From: an uncultured Bacilli bacterium
GTDB lineage: Bacteria; Bacillota_I; Bacilli_A; RF39; UBA660
Direction: 5' to 3'
Length of the DNA stretch: 64,000 nt
Assembly (NCBI GenBank): GCA_947625625.1
Contig: CANQPC010000001.1
Location: 25,258-89,257 of the forward strand
The notes below the pieces were generated by a model. It was not told the origin of the DNA, ran no database searches, and saw only the letters and a list, made by a program, of their open reading frames with translations. Positions 1 to 9,853 of the stretch are shown here, piece after piece. Within the stretch, counting starts at the first letter, position 1, and every line of letters begins with the position of its first letter. Position numbers and translations under genes: made by a program.

Positions 1-702
1 TGTGATTATGATGATGAAGATAATATTTATTGTAATAAGAAAGTCAACAACATTTTTGTTACTGATAAGCCATATAAACTAATGGACGAGGTATTACATA
101 ATGAAGGCTATAAACTTATTATGAATAAGAGAATGTACGATACTATTATAGAAGATGAAATTTATTTTACGACTATTAATATTGTCAGTGATAATTATAG
201 TAATTTAGATAAAATAGGGGAAAAACTCGAAAAGGGTAATGTAAATTATTTTAATATGACAGAGAATATGAAGATGGAAAATAATATTACAATGGCGATT
301 GAAATACTCATGTACGGATTTATTACGCTTGTCACTTTAATTGGGGTAACTTCGGTATTTAATACGATATCGACTAGTATTACTCTAAGAAGAAGAGAAT
401 TTGCAGTACTTCGAAGTATTGGCCTTACGAAAAGAGGATTTAATAAGATGCTATTTTTTGAGAGTTTATTCTTTGGTATCAAGTCGCTTATTTTGGCTCT
501 TCCGGTAAGTTTTGGTGTAATACTTCTTATTCATAAATCAGCTTCGGGAATGATGAATATAAGTAATATTTTAATTCCATGGAATAGTATTATATTTTCG
601 ATACTTGGAGTATTTGTAATAGTTTTACTTACAATGATGTATTCATCTTCAAAGATAAAGAGACAAAATATTATAGAACAAATAAGAGAAGAAAATATTT
701 AA
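1..702 (+). CDS. ABC transporter permease, FtsX-like C-terminal domain (5' partial; frame is open to window start)
   Basis: Frame is open from nt 1; translation has 4 TM helices and a FtsX-type loop, MacB/FtsX-like permease tail. Confidence 0.7.
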   Translation, partial: CDYDDEDNIYCNKKVNNIFVTDKPYKLMDEVLHNEGYKLIMNKRMYDTIIEDEIYFTTINIVSDNYSNLDKIGEKLEKGNVNYFNMTENMKMENNITMAIEILMYGFITLVTLIGVTSVFNTISTSITLRRREFAVLRSIGLTKRGFNKMLFFESLFFGIKSLILALPVSFGVILLIHKSASGMMNISNILIPWNSIIFSILGVFVIVLLTMMYSSSKIKRQNIIEQIREENI

Positions 703-774
703 CTTCTCTTTTTTTGAAATAATACTTTCTTTTTTCGACAAAATATTATATACTTATGGTAGAGAGGAGTGAAA

Positions 775-1476
775 ATGATGGCAAGATTTTGTCCTAACTG
801 TGGTAATGAATTACCAGACAATGCCGCGATGTGTGTGAAATGCGGAAAAATGTTAAATGAAGCAAGCAATACTACTAATAAAAATAGTTCGAAGAAGAAA
901 GGTCTTCCAACTTGGGCGATAGTTTTAATCGTCGTAGGATGTGTAATACTTATACCACTTATAATTATTATTATTTTAGGTGTGGTTGGGTATAATATTA
1001 TTAAAGATGTCGAGCCTAATCATATCAATAATGGAAGTATTTTTTCGGAAGGTCGTACTTTAGAGGGAACAATAAATGATACTTTACAGAATGATGATAT
1101 TAGAATTACTCTAAATGACACTCTCATGTATTCTTCGATAGGTAGTGGCTATTTTGTTAACACACCAGCTGATGGAAATGAATATTTAGTATTTTTCTTC
1201 GATGTGCAAAATAAAGATGATGAGAGTGAATCTATTTCATATTTGGACTTCGATGGATATGTCGATAATTATGAAACTAATCCAGTAATCTTACTTAACG
1301 ATGTAGATGGAACAAAAAGTTTATCGGCAACTTTGGCTCCCGGTATGAAAACAACTGGTTACGTAGCATTCGAAGTAAGTACTGATTGGAAAGAATTTGA
1401 AATCCGCTACGACGAAAATATGTTTGATGACGATGATGATACCTTTATATTTAAAGTCGTAAATCCAGATGCATAA
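775..1476 (+). CDS. Membrane-anchored protein with N-terminal zinc-ribbon (CPNCG...CVKCG), one TM helix, DUF4352-like extracellular domain
   Basis: ORF track; RBS AGAGAGGAG 7 nt upstream of ATG 775 (track start 769 is GTG); CxxC..CxxC motif then TM. Confidence 0.5.
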   Translation: MMARFCPNCGNELPDNAAMCVKCGKMLNEASNTTNKNSSKKKGLPTWAIVLIVVGCVILIPLIIIIILGVVGYNIIKDVEPNHINNGSIFSEGRTLEGTINDTLQNDDIRITLNDTLMYSSIGSGYFVNTPADGNEYLVFFFDVQNKDDESESISYLDFDGYVDNYETNPVILLNDVDGTKSLSATLAPGMKTTGYVAFEVSTDWKEFEIRYDENMFDDDDDTFIFKVVNPDA

Positions 1477-1500
1477 ATTTGCATCTGTTTTTCTTTATTT
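1466..1500 (+). terminator. Rho-independent terminator (CAGATGCA-loop-GCATCTG + T-run)
   Basis: Hairpin overlapping the stop codon, followed by TTTTTCTTTATTTTTT. Confidence 0.5.
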
Positions 1501-1542
1501 TTTATAGAAAATAGTATATAATTATTATAGGAGGAAAAGAAT

Positions 1543-2238
1543 ATGAATGTAGTAGACATTATAATAATTATCTTTTTAGTACTTGGTGCAATAGCGGGAT
1601 TTAAAGCTGGTGTAATAAAAAAGACGGCAGATTTTTTAGGAATGTTCGTAATAGTTATTTTATCATTTTATTTAAAAAATTATCTTTCGGTTTTTATGTA
1701 CGAAAATTTACCATTTTTTAATTTTGGAGGTTTTATTAAGGGCGTCGATGTAATAAATATTTTACTATATGAAGTTTTAGCTTTTGTAATTGTATTTATA
1801 GCACTTTTATTTATTTTAAAAGTTGTTCTCATGGTTACAGGACTTATCGAAAAATTACTTAAAGCTACTGTAATACTTAGCATTCCTTCGAAAATACTTG
1901 GTATTGTTGTCGGGGCAATCGAAATGTATGTCTATATTTTTCTTATCTTGGTGGTAGCTAGTTTACCAATATTTAAAATTCCTTATTTGAGGGAATCGAA
2001 AGTAGCTAACTTTATGTTAGATAATACTTTAATACTATCTTCGATTTCTGAAGAAATGACTGGAACATATGGAGAAGTATATAAAATTATTACAGAAAAA
2101 GATAATAAGACTGACGAGCAGTTAAATGAAGAAGTATTACAATTATTGATAGAAAAAGAGGTTATTACAAAAGATTCCGCTAGAAAGCTAGTCGATAAAA
2201 ATAAGGTACATATTAATAATAAAAAAATAGTAGAATAG
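1543..2238 (+). CDS. CvpA family membrane protein (colicin V production protein-like)
   Basis: N-terminal MNVVDIIIIIFLVLGAIAGFKAGVIKK typical of CvpA; multiple TM helices; RBS AGGAGG. Confidence 0.6.
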   Translation: MNVVDIIIIIFLVLGAIAGFKAGVIKKTADFLGMFVIVILSFYLKNYLSVFMYENLPFFNFGGFIKGVDVINILLYEVLAFVIVFIALLFILKVVLMVTGLIEKLLKATVILSIPSKILGIVVGAIEMYVYIFLILVVASLPIFKIPYLRESKVANFMLDNTLILSSISEEMTGTYGEVYKIITEKDNKTDEQLNEEVLQLLIEKEVITKDSARKLVDKNKVHINNKKIVE

Positions 2239-2247
2239 AGGAGATTG

Positions 2248-2544
2248 ATGATGAGTTTAATTCATTATGAAAAAGATTTTGATTCTTTAATAAAAGAAAA
2301 AGCAGTAGTGGATTTTTATGCTGATTGGTGTGGTCCTTGTAAAATGTTTGGTCCAACTTTTGAAGAGGTTTCAAAGGATTATGACTATAATTTTATAAAG
2401 GTAAATGTCGATAATTACCCTGATATTGCTAAAAGATATGGTGTTATGACAATACCGACGGTTATTTTGTTTGAAAAAGGGAAAGAGGAAAGAAGAAATA
2501 TCGGACTACTCCATAAAGAAGAATTTAAAGAATTTTTGAAATAG
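2248..2544 (+). CDS. trxA: Thioredoxin
   Basis: WCGPCK active-site motif; ~98 aa; RBS AGAGGAG. Confidence 0.85.
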   Translation: MMSLIHYEKDFDSLIKEKAVVDFYADWCGPCKMFGPTFEEVSKDYDYNFIKVNVDNYPDIAKRYGVMTIPTVILFEKGKEERRNIGLLHKEEFKEFLK

Positions 2545-2640
2545 TGTAAAAGCTATTTCTTTTTTATAAAAAGTTATTGCTTTTTTATCTTTTTTTTGTT
2601 ATTATTAGTATGTAAATAATAGATAGGAGGAAAACTTATT

Positions 2641-3378
2641 ATGTATAAAGATGAAAATAAAGAACGAGATAGTGAAGATAAGAAGGGAATATTTTTTGGA
2701 ATAATTGGAGTTTTAACTTTAATTGTAGCTATAATTGGTGCATCATTTGCATATTTTTCAATAAATGCTACTAGTAGAAAAGATGCTGTTACGGTAAATG
2801 CTGCTTCAGTACAAATTGTATATGAAGAAGGTCAGAATATTGAAATTAAAGATTTAATTCCTGCATCACAGAGTGTTGCTAGTGAAGCTTTAAGAAGATA
2901 TTTAGATGAAGAATCTGGAGATGACATGCAGCCTTATCAACTATGTAAAGATGACAATAAACGTACAGTATGTGGAGTTTATGATTTTACTTTGACAAAT
3001 AATGGTGATGCTGCCGTTGAAGTTACCGCTAAAGTGGATCCTACTCCTTTGGCACAGGGACCTGAACCAGCTAAAGAAAAAGGCTTTCAAAATCTTAAGT
3101 TTGTCATGTACGATATAACTGAAAATGAAAAGACTGGAAGTCAATTATATACAGGTACATTTACTTATGAAAAATTTGGATTATTTGGTTCTGGCGGAGA
3201 GGAAACACAAAGAATAGATGGTTCTGGAACAACTAAAAAATATCGTTTGTTTATTTGGCTTGACGAAGCAGAAGAAGCTAATAATGAAGAGCAAGGAGCT
3301 GTATTTAAGGGAACAGTTAATATCGATGTAGTCGGTGCTGAAAACGGTAATATTACTGGTACTATTAAGGGACATTAA
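2641..3378 (+). CDS. Secreted TasA/camelysin (M73)-like protein with SipW-cognate-type signal (..GASFAYFS..)
   Basis: N-terminal TM followed by FAYFS motif like the SipW-cognate signal class; C-terminal ..RLFIWLDEAEE..QGAVFKG resembles TasA C-terminus; RBS AGGAGG. Confidence 0.5.
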   Translation: MYKDENKERDSEDKKGIFFGIIGVLTLIVAIIGASFAYFSINATSRKDAVTVNAASVQIVYEEGQNIEIKDLIPASQSVASEALRRYLDEESGDDMQPYQLCKDDNKRTVCGVYDFTLTNNGDAAVEVTAKVDPTPLAQGPEPAKEKGFQNLKFVMYDITENEKTGSQLYTGTFTYEKFGLFGSGGEETQRIDGSGTTKKYRLFIWLDEAEEANNEEQGAVFKGTVNIDVVGAENGNITGTIKGH

Positions 3379-3408
3379 AAAAGCAATTTATAGTTGCTTT
3401 TTTTTTAT
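3377..3408 (+). terminator. Rho-independent terminator (AAGCAA-loop-TTGCTT + T9)
   Basis: Hairpin then TTTTTTTTT immediately after stop of 2641..3378. Confidence 0.55.
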
Positions 3409-3442
3409 TTTTTTGCTATTATTAAACTAGGTGATAAATAAT

Positions 3443-4003
3443 ATGAATGAAAGTAGAAGTAAAAGAGATGTTTTCTATTTTGTAGTTCTTATTCTTACTA
3501 TGATTACAATGCTAGTGGGAATTACTTTTACTTATTATTCTTTTTTAGCGGGTGATAAGAAAGATAGTACACAGATTAGAACGGGTACTTTATCAATAAA
3601 TTATATCGATGGAAGGGAAATTAATACGTATTTACTTTTACCTATCGAAGAACCTAATTTAAATACTACTTTTTCTGTTTATAAAAAACATTTTTCGGTT
3701 ACTAGTGATGGAACACTCGACCAGATTATGGACTTATATATCGACGTTACGAGCAATGATTTTGATAGTAATGCTCTAGGTTTTGCTTTATATGATTCTT
3801 CTAATACTAAAATAGCTACTGGTTCTATTCCGGATTCGGGGAAAGTGCTTATGAAAAATAATGTATATTTAGATAGTGGGGAAACAAAGAGTTATACGGT
3901 ACTTATCTGGCTTCAAGAAAACTATCGAAATCAAGATTACGAACAAGGTAGTACTTTTGTAGGAGGATTTGAAATAGATGCTAGACAGATAGAACTTAAA
4001 TAA
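3443..4003 (+). CDS. Second TasA/camelysin-like secreted protein (paralog of 2641..3378)
   Basis: Signal anchor ..VGITFTYYSF.., 'TGTLSINY' like TasA 'SGTLDLS', C-term 'VLIWLQEN..QGSTFVGGFE'; ATG 3443 after GGTGA RBS. Confidence 0.5.
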   Translation: MNESRSKRDVFYFVVLILTMITMLVGITFTYYSFLAGDKKDSTQIRTGTLSINYIDGREINTYLLLPIEEPNLNTTFSVYKKHFSVTSDGTLDQIMDLYIDVTSNDFDSNALGFALYDSSNTKIATGSIPDSGKVLMKNNVYLDSGETKSYTVLIWLQENYRNQDYEQGSTFVGGFEIDARQIELK

Positions 4004-4067
4004 TATCTTCTAGTTTTTTCTTTACTTTGAAAAATATTTGGGTTATATTATATGTGGAGGATTACTT

Positions 4068-4922
4068 ATGATTGGGAAAGTTTTAAAAGTTAATGATTAT
4101 AAATTTGTTTACGGACAAGATACGACATATATTAATGTCTACGGAGCTTTTAAAAATAAGAAGAGTGGAAATAGATATGCTGTATATAGTTACGATAATA
4201 AAAAATTGTATTATGGTTCTTTATTTATAAAAAATGATAGTTTGATTATTATGACTTCAAAAGATGATTCGGAAGATGTAATTAAATTGTTTGTCGAATC
4301 AATAATCAGTGGAAAAAATAATGATGATTGGGAAATTGTTAATCTAGGTAATATTAATTCGGCAGAGATTATCGACCAACATGAATTAAAAATTGATGTC
4401 GATATGGCAATGTTGGCTGACAAGACTATTCCGAAACCTAAAATAGAAAAGAAAGAAGAGGCTCCTAAGAAGAAAAAGAAAGTTTCTATTCCTTTACTTG
4501 CCATGTTTATATTAATTTTAATGGTAGCTTTATTTTTGTTTGTTGGTCCAAACTTTTTAATGGGTAAAGATAAGAAGTATCTATGTGTTAAAAGTTATAC
4601 ACATGAGGAAATTCCCGCTAGTGTTACCGATAATGTCAGTTTAATATTTAATAATAAAAATGAAATTGTCAGTATAGATATAACGACGGATTATTTATTT
4701 ACAAATCATGATTATTATAAAGAATTTAAAGATAAGAGTTATTTCTATCAGTATATAAAAGATGGAGATACTTATAAATTTGATGATGATAATTATACGT
4801 ATAAGCTTTTTTCTAAAATTGATACCGAAGTTGATTATTTTATGCCGAGAGAATTGAAAAAACTTGTGGATTATTATGAAAAAGAAAATTATACTTGTAA
4901 TTTAGTTGAAGAAAGTGATTAA
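4068..4922 (+). CDS. Hypothetical bitopic membrane protein (Lys-rich linker, single TM, C-terminal extracytoplasmic domain)
   Basis: ORF track; GGAGG RBS 7 nt before ATG 4068; central TM LLAMFILILMVALFLFV. Confidence 0.4.
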   Translation: MIGKVLKVNDYKFVYGQDTTYINVYGAFKNKKSGNRYAVYSYDNKKLYYGSLFIKNDSLIIMTSKDDSEDVIKLFVESIISGKNNDDWEIVNLGNINSAEIIDQHELKIDVDMAMLADKTIPKPKIEKKEEAPKKKKKVSIPLLAMFILILMVALFLFVGPNFLMGKDKKYLCVKSYTHEEIPASVTDNVSLIFNNKNEIVSIDITTDYLFTNHDYYKEFKDKSYFYQYIKDGDTYKFDDDNYTYKLFSKIDTEVDYFMPRELKKLVDYYEKENYTCNLVEESD

Positions 4923-4925
4923 TTT

Positions 4926-5873
4926 ATGAATTTTTACTTGCTATATAGTGGCGATAAGGCTATCTTGAATAAAGAAATAAATGATTTGAAAATTAAACTA
5001 AAAATAGAAGATAACGACGTTATTTATTATGATATTGAAGACGTAGATGGAATTATTCAAGAAGCTCTTACAATCAGTATGTTTTCTTTAAATAAAATGA
5101 TTATTATCGATGGAACAAGTTATTTTAGTGATAAAAAGGGAGTTTCTAATGTTAATGTAATAGAAGATTATTTTGATAATTATAATCCGAATAGTTATTT
5201 GATATTTATTTCGAATAGCGATAGTATCGATTCGAGAAAAAAACTTGTGAAATTAATAAGTAGCAAGGGCAGTGTGAAAAATCTTGAAATAACTGATAAA
5301 TATTTAAGTGATTATGTTATTAGTTATTTGAAAGATGCTGGTTATAAGATTAATTTTAGTGATGTTAAATATTTTCTTAATAAGAGTGGGACAAATATCG
5401 ATAATATTAAGAATGAATTAGATAAGTTAATGTTATATAAAATTGATACGAAAATGATACTTAAAGATGATATTGATTTGCTCGTTATGGAGCAGTTTGA
5501 TGATTCGATATATGATTTAGTTAATGCTATTTTAAAAAATGATAATAAAAAGGCTATTAAATTATATAATAATTTTAAAAATAATGGACTTGATGCTAGT
5601 CAAATGTTACCGATAATTGCTTCACAGATTAGACTTTTATTTCAGGTAAAGAGATTATATAATAGCGGAAAATCTAATGAAGATATTGCTAAAATATTGG
5701 AATTTAAAAATGTATATAGAGTTAAGTATTTACTTAGTGATAGTTATTATTATAGTGAAGAGGATCTCATTAGATATTTATCGAAACTTGCCGATTTAGA
5801 TAGAGGAATAAAACTTGGAACTTGTGATGGTGATGTTTTCTTAGAACTATTTATTATTAAAAAGGACATGTAA
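4926..5873 (+). CDS. holA: DNA polymerase III subunit delta
   Basis: Size and N-terminal pattern of HolA; sits upstream of sspI and, further on, rpsT-gpr, recalling B. subtilis holA..rpsT-gpr synteny. Confidence 0.7.
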   Translation: MNFYLLYSGDKAILNKEINDLKIKLKIEDNDVIYYDIEDVDGIIQEALTISMFSLNKMIIIDGTSYFSDKKGVSNVNVIEDYFDNYNPNSYLIFISNSDSIDSRKKLVKLISSKGSVKNLEITDKYLSDYVISYLKDAGYKINFSDVKYFLNKSGTNIDNIKNELDKLMLYKIDTKMILKDDIDLLVMEQFDDSIYDLVNAILKNDNKKAIKLYNNFKNNGLDASQMLPIIASQIRLLFQVKRLYNSGKSNEDIAKILEFKNVYRVKYLLSDSYYYSEEDLIRYLSKLADLDRGIKLGTCDGDVFLELFIIKKDM

Positions 5874-5900
5874 AAAAAGCATCTTTTTGATGCTTTTTAC
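5874..5900. terminator. Bidirectional rho-independent terminator (AAAGCATC-TTTTT-GATGCTTT)
   Basis: Palindromic hairpin flanked by A-run and T-run between convergent holA and sspI. Confidence 0.6.
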
Positions 5901-6103
5901 ATACCTTTTTTGATGTTTTTTAAGATGGTATTTTTTTCTTCATCAGTACTATTATTCCATAATAATTCAAATAGAACACCAAGACCGATTAGTGGGTCTT
6001 CTTCTTTGGAAGATATTGATTCTTCGATAGAGGACTTTATGTCTTCTTCGGTATCTTCTTTGAAATTATTAATGATATAAGCACGTACGTCAATATTATC
6101 CAT
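5897..6103 (-). CDS. sspI: Small acid-soluble spore protein SspI family
   Basis: 68 aa; ..PLIGLGVLFELLWNNSTDEEKNTILKNI.. matches the B. subtilis SspI core (LPGLGVLFEVIW...SEKNEMLKTL). Confidence 0.65.
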   Translation of the reverse strand: MDNIDVRAYIINNFKEDTEEDIKSSIEESISSKEEDPLIGLGVLFELLWNNSTDEEKNTILKNIKKGM

Positions 6104-6272
6104 ATAATCACCATTACTATTATGATATAAATTTATAGTTTTATTCAGTTATTGTTATAATTTGAATTAATTCTTATGTCTTGATGATTTTGATAGTTGG
6201 GTTTATAATATAATAAATTAAAAGTTAAGGAGGAAGCAATAGATTAAATAGTTTGTCTATTGTTATGTTTTT

Positions 6273-7349
6273 ATGTCTATTTATATTCATATTCCTTTTT
6301 GTCATACGATATGTAGTTATTGTGATTTTTGTAAAGTATATTATAATAAGAAATATATTTGTCGTTATTTAGATAATTTAGAGAAAGAAATTAGAGAGAG
6401 ATATAAGGGGGAAGAAGTAAGTACTATCTATATTGGAGGTGGTACTCCCAGTGCTTTGTCTCTAGTAGAACTTGAGAGATTATTAGAAATTACTAAAATA
6501 TTTAAAGTAAAGGGTAATATAGAATTTACTATCGAAGGAAATGTTGAATCTATTACCGAAGCTAAGCTTAAGATAATGAAAAAGTACGGTGTGAATAGAA
6601 TTAGTATAGGAGTTCAATCTTTTAATAAAGAGATAATTAAATTATTGGGAAGAGTGCATACTAGGGAAGATGTTTTTAAAAAGATTAAACTAATAAAGAA
6701 ATACTTTGATAATATTAATATTGATTTAATTTATGCTGCTTACGATAATGTAGATATTATAAAAGAAGATATTAGTAACTTTTTAAAATTAGATATTCCT
6801 CATTTATCGGCATATAGTTTGATAATTGAAGATAAGACAATGCTTAAAATAAATGGCTTTAAAAATATAGATGAAGATTTGGACTATGAAATGTATAAAT
6901 ATATTGAAGATACTTTGGAAGATAATAGATATATTCACTATGAAATAAGTAACTATGCGAAAGAGGGATTCGAAGCGAAGCATAATTTGGTCTATTGGAA
7001 TAATGAAAAATATTATGGCTTTGGTCTATCTAGTGTAAGCTATATTGATAATGTGAGAAGGACAAATACTAAGAATTTGACTAAGTATTTAGATGGTAAT
7101 TACTTACAAGAAGAGAATTATGAAGATATAAATATGAGAATGGAAAATGAGATTATGCTAGGGTTTAGAAAACTTATGGGTGTTAATAAAAAAAAATTTA
7201 AAGATAAATATGGTGTCAATATTGAAGATGTGTTTAATATCAATGATTTGATAAAAATGGGATATTTGGAAAGAGATGGTAATTATATTAAAATTGCTAA
7301 AGAATATGTGTATGTATCAAATGAAATAATAATTAGAATGGTTAATTGA
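6273..7349 (+). CDS. hemW: Radical SAM heme chaperone HemW (HemN-like)
   Basis: LYIHIPFC...C.YCDF radical-SAM signature at N-terminus, GGGTPS motif. Confidence 0.8.
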   Translation: MSIYIHIPFCHTICSYCDFCKVYYNKKYICRYLDNLEKEIRERYKGEEVSTIYIGGGTPSALSLVELERLLEITKIFKVKGNIEFTIEGNVESITEAKLKIMKKYGVNRISIGVQSFNKEIIKLLGRVHTREDVFKKIKLIKKYFDNINIDLIYAAYDNVDIIKEDISNFLKLDIPHLSAYSLIIEDKTMLKINGFKNIDEDLDYEMYKYIEDTLEDNRYIHYEISNYAKEGFEAKHNLVYWNNEKYYGFGLSSVSYIDNVRRTNTKNLTKYLDGNYLQEENYEDINMRMENEIMLGFRKLMGVNKKKFKDKYGVNIEDVFNINDLIKMGYLERDGNYIKIAKEYVYVSNEIIIRMVN

Positions 7350-7394
7350 CATATTATTATAAATATTTTATAATTTAGATGTGAGGTTAAGGAA

Positions 7395-8186
7395 ATGGAA
7401 AAATTAATAAATTTTATTACTAATCATAAATTTTATTTACCTATTATATATATTATTGTGGGTATTATTTTGAATGCTATTATTTCTGGATTTGTCAATA
7501 AGGCAGTTAAAAAACATAAAAATAAAGATAAGAGAAAAGATACGGTTATCTCACTATGTAAAAATATTTTTAAATATTTGATAATGATTTTTGTCGTCCT
7601 TGGTATTTTAAATGTATATGGAGTTGATACTACTAGTATTATAGCTTCTCTTGGTATTTTTGCAGCGGTTATTGGACTTGCCTTTCAAGATATATTGAAA
7701 GATTTTCTAGCTGGAATAACGATTGTCTTCGATAATAAATATTCGGTTGGCGATACGGTGGAAATAAATGGTTTTAAGGGAACAGTTATATCTCTCGGAC
7801 TTAGAACGACAAAGATAAAAGCTTTTTCTGGAGAAATTAAGTGTATTGGTAATTCTTCTTTCAGTGAAGTTATTAATTATAATTTGGCTGATGCGGATTT
7901 GTTTTTAAATCTTAATGTGGCTTATGATACAGATATTGATAAGTTAGAGAAAATTTTATTAGATATGAAGGATGAAATATTGAAGGTAGAGAATGTTAAA
8001 GATTATAAATTACTTGGTGTCGATGAATTTGGAAGTTCATCAATTGTTTATATGGTCGATATTACATGTTTAGCAATGACTAATGTCGGAGTAAAGAGAA
8101 AAGTTTTAAAGCTTATTAAGAAGAGATTTGATAAAGAGGGAATTAATATTCCTTATACGACAGTTGACGTTAATATTAAAAAGTAG
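7395..8186 (+). CDS. Small-conductance mechanosensitive channel (MscS family)
   Basis: 3 N-terminal TM helices then MscS beta-domain pattern (GDTVEINGFKGTVISLGLRTT). Confidence 0.8.
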   Translation: MEKLINFITNHKFYLPIIYIIVGIILNAIISGFVNKAVKKHKNKDKRKDTVISLCKNIFKYLIMIFVVLGILNVYGVDTTSIIASLGIFAAVIGLAFQDILKDFLAGITIVFDNKYSVGDTVEINGFKGTVISLGLRTTKIKAFSGEIKCIGNSSFSEVINYNLADADLFLNLNVAYDTDIDKLEKILLDMKDEILKVENVKDYKLLGVDEFGSSSIVYMVDITCLAMTNVGVKRKVLKLIKKRFDKEGINIPYTTVDVNIKK

Positions 8187-8194
8187 GTGGAGAA

Positions 8195-8770
8195 ATGGAA
8201 AAGGTAGATTATTTTAAGAAAGAGTACGAATATATTAAGGATGTTAAGAAGAAAGAAGATATTAAATACTTAGTTAGTAATTTACCTGATTATTTCTTTG
8301 AAATACCTGCTTCTTCAACAGGCAAGTATCATCCTGATTTTGCCTTGGGTAATGGCGGACTTGTCAGACATACGAAAGTAGCGGTTAGAATTGCTTATGA
8401 GCTTTTGAATAATCCGGGAATAAATAATTTTACGGATGAAGAAAAAGATTTAATTATAATGGCTCTTCTTTTACATGATGGATTTAAATGTGGAAAAGTT
8501 AAGGAGAAATATACGAGAATGGATCATCCTTTATTAGCGGCTTCTTTTGTAAGAGAAAATAAAGATAAGTTATCGTTAAGTGAAGATGAAGTAGAACTTT
8601 TATATAATATGATTTCTTCACATATGGGGATATGGAATAAGGATTTTGATAATAATGAAGTTACTCCGATACCGAAAGATAAATATCAGAGATTCGTGCA
8701 TATGTGTGATTATCTAGCTAGTAGAAAGGTTATAAATGTTTCTTTTAATGGTAATGATATAAGTAATTGA
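8195..8770 (+). CDS. HD-domain phosphohydrolase
   Basis: H..HD motif (LLLHDGFK), ~190 aa HD superfamily architecture. Confidence 0.65.
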   Translation: MEKVDYFKKEYEYIKDVKKKEDIKYLVSNLPDYFFEIPASSTGKYHPDFALGNGGLVRHTKVAVRIAYELLNNPGINNFTDEEKDLIIMALLLHDGFKCGKVKEKYTRMDHPLLAASFVRENKDKLSLSEDEVELLYNMISSHMGIWNKDFDNNEVTPIPKDKYQRFVHMCDYLASRKVINVSFNGNDISN

Positions 8771-8820
8771 CTTCTAAGAGAAGTCTTTTTTTCATAAGAT
8801 GGTTATAGGTGAATGTATAA

Positions 8821-9804
8821 GTGAAAAAAAGATATTTTTTACTTCCATTGGTGTTTATATCGTTGATACTTTTAGTTTTAGATAATAATAAAACAGTAGT
8901 AAATAAAGAGATTACTTCTGACGTGGTATCTATTAATTATCCTTTTTTTGATATTGAGATTGTAGATAATTATATTAAAGATTATCTTAATAATTATAGT
9001 GATAAGGAAAAAGTTACTATTGATTATGATTATTATAATGATGAAGATATTTATTATGTTACTTTTTATAGAAATATTTTAGATAATAATAAGGTAATTA
9101 GTGGCAGTGATTCGTTTGAAATAGATGTAAGTAGTGGTAATGCTTCGAAGATTAATAAGACAAATTATGAGTTTGATTTTGTTAAATACAAGAATATTGA
9201 TACTAATAGAAAGATAGTTGCCCTTACTTTTGATGATGGACCTAATTATAATACAAATAAAATTCTTAATATTTTGAATAAGTATAATGTTCCCGCGACA
9301 TTTTTTGTTTTAGGTAGTAAAATAAAGGGTAATGAAAATACTTTGAAAAAGATGGTCGATTCTGGTATGGAAATCGGGAATCATACTTTTAATCACTTAC
9401 TTTTAACAAAATACAAGGAAAGTGTTATAAAAAGGGAAATTGAAGATACGAGTAAATTAATATTTGAAGTTACAGGTAAATACCCTACATTATTAAGACC
9501 TAGTTATGGTTCTTCGAATAAAAAGGTTAAAAAGGCCGCTGGTATGCCTATTATTATTTGGGATGTCGATACATTGGACTGGAAAAATCATAGTTCGAAG
9601 AGAATAATCAGTAGGGTAATGAATAAGGTTAAAGATGGTGATATTATTTTAATGCACGATATATATAGTGCTACTGCGAATGCAGTAGATAATATTATAC
9701 CAATGTTAAGTTCAATGGGTTATTCTTTTGTCACTGTTTCGGATTTGTTTTATTATAAGGAAGTTCCTTTGGAAAAGGGAAAAGTATATGGTTATGCTAG
9801 ATAA
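8821..9804 (+). CDS. Polysaccharide deacetylase (NodB-homology domain) with N-terminal signal/TM
   Basis: TFDDGP motif, HTFNH and later conserved His; GTG start after AGGTGA RBS. Confidence 0.75.
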   Translation: MKKRYFLLPLVFISLILLVLDNNKTVVNKEITSDVVSINYPFFDIEIVDNYIKDYLNNYSDKEKVTIDYDYYNDEDIYYVTFYRNILDNNKVISGSDSFEIDVSSGNASKINKTNYEFDFVKYKNIDTNRKIVALTFDDGPNYNTNKILNILNKYNVPATFFVLGSKIKGNENTLKKMVDSGMEIGNHTFNHLLLTKYKESVIKREIEDTSKLIFEVTGKYPTLLRPSYGSSNKKVKKAAGMPIIIWDVDTLDWKNHSSKRIISRVMNKVKDGDIILMHDIYSATANAVDNIIPMLSSMGYSFVTVSDLFYYKEVPLEKGKVYGYAR

Positions 9805-9853
9805 CTATTGACTTTAAAAGAATTTTGACATATTATATTACGTGGGTGAAAAT

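Noticed and set aside
246-482. Antisense or embedded ORFs from the six-frame track, inside confidently called genes: 246..482-, 1680..1883-, 2941..3144-, 3181..3375-, 4211..4504-, 10965..11156-, 13045..13245-, 13488..13751-, 17113..17316-, 18001..18195-, 18846..19028-, 21847..22080-, 22262..22453-, 24803..25066-, 26931..27212-, 27422..27703-, 27764..28009-, 31452..31814-, 33112..33441-, 36330..36590-, 37532..37741-, 39136..39450+, 39994..40362+, 41203..41490-, 42739..42987-, 44199..44399-, 46350..46664-, 48587..48934+, 49627..49848+, 49936..50196+, 51790..51975-, 52561..52779-, 54978..55190-, 56251..56457-, 56448..56639-, 62874..63134+
   Set aside because: They overlap well-supported genes on the other strand or frame and are low-complexity with no RBS; typical AT-rich spurious ORFs.
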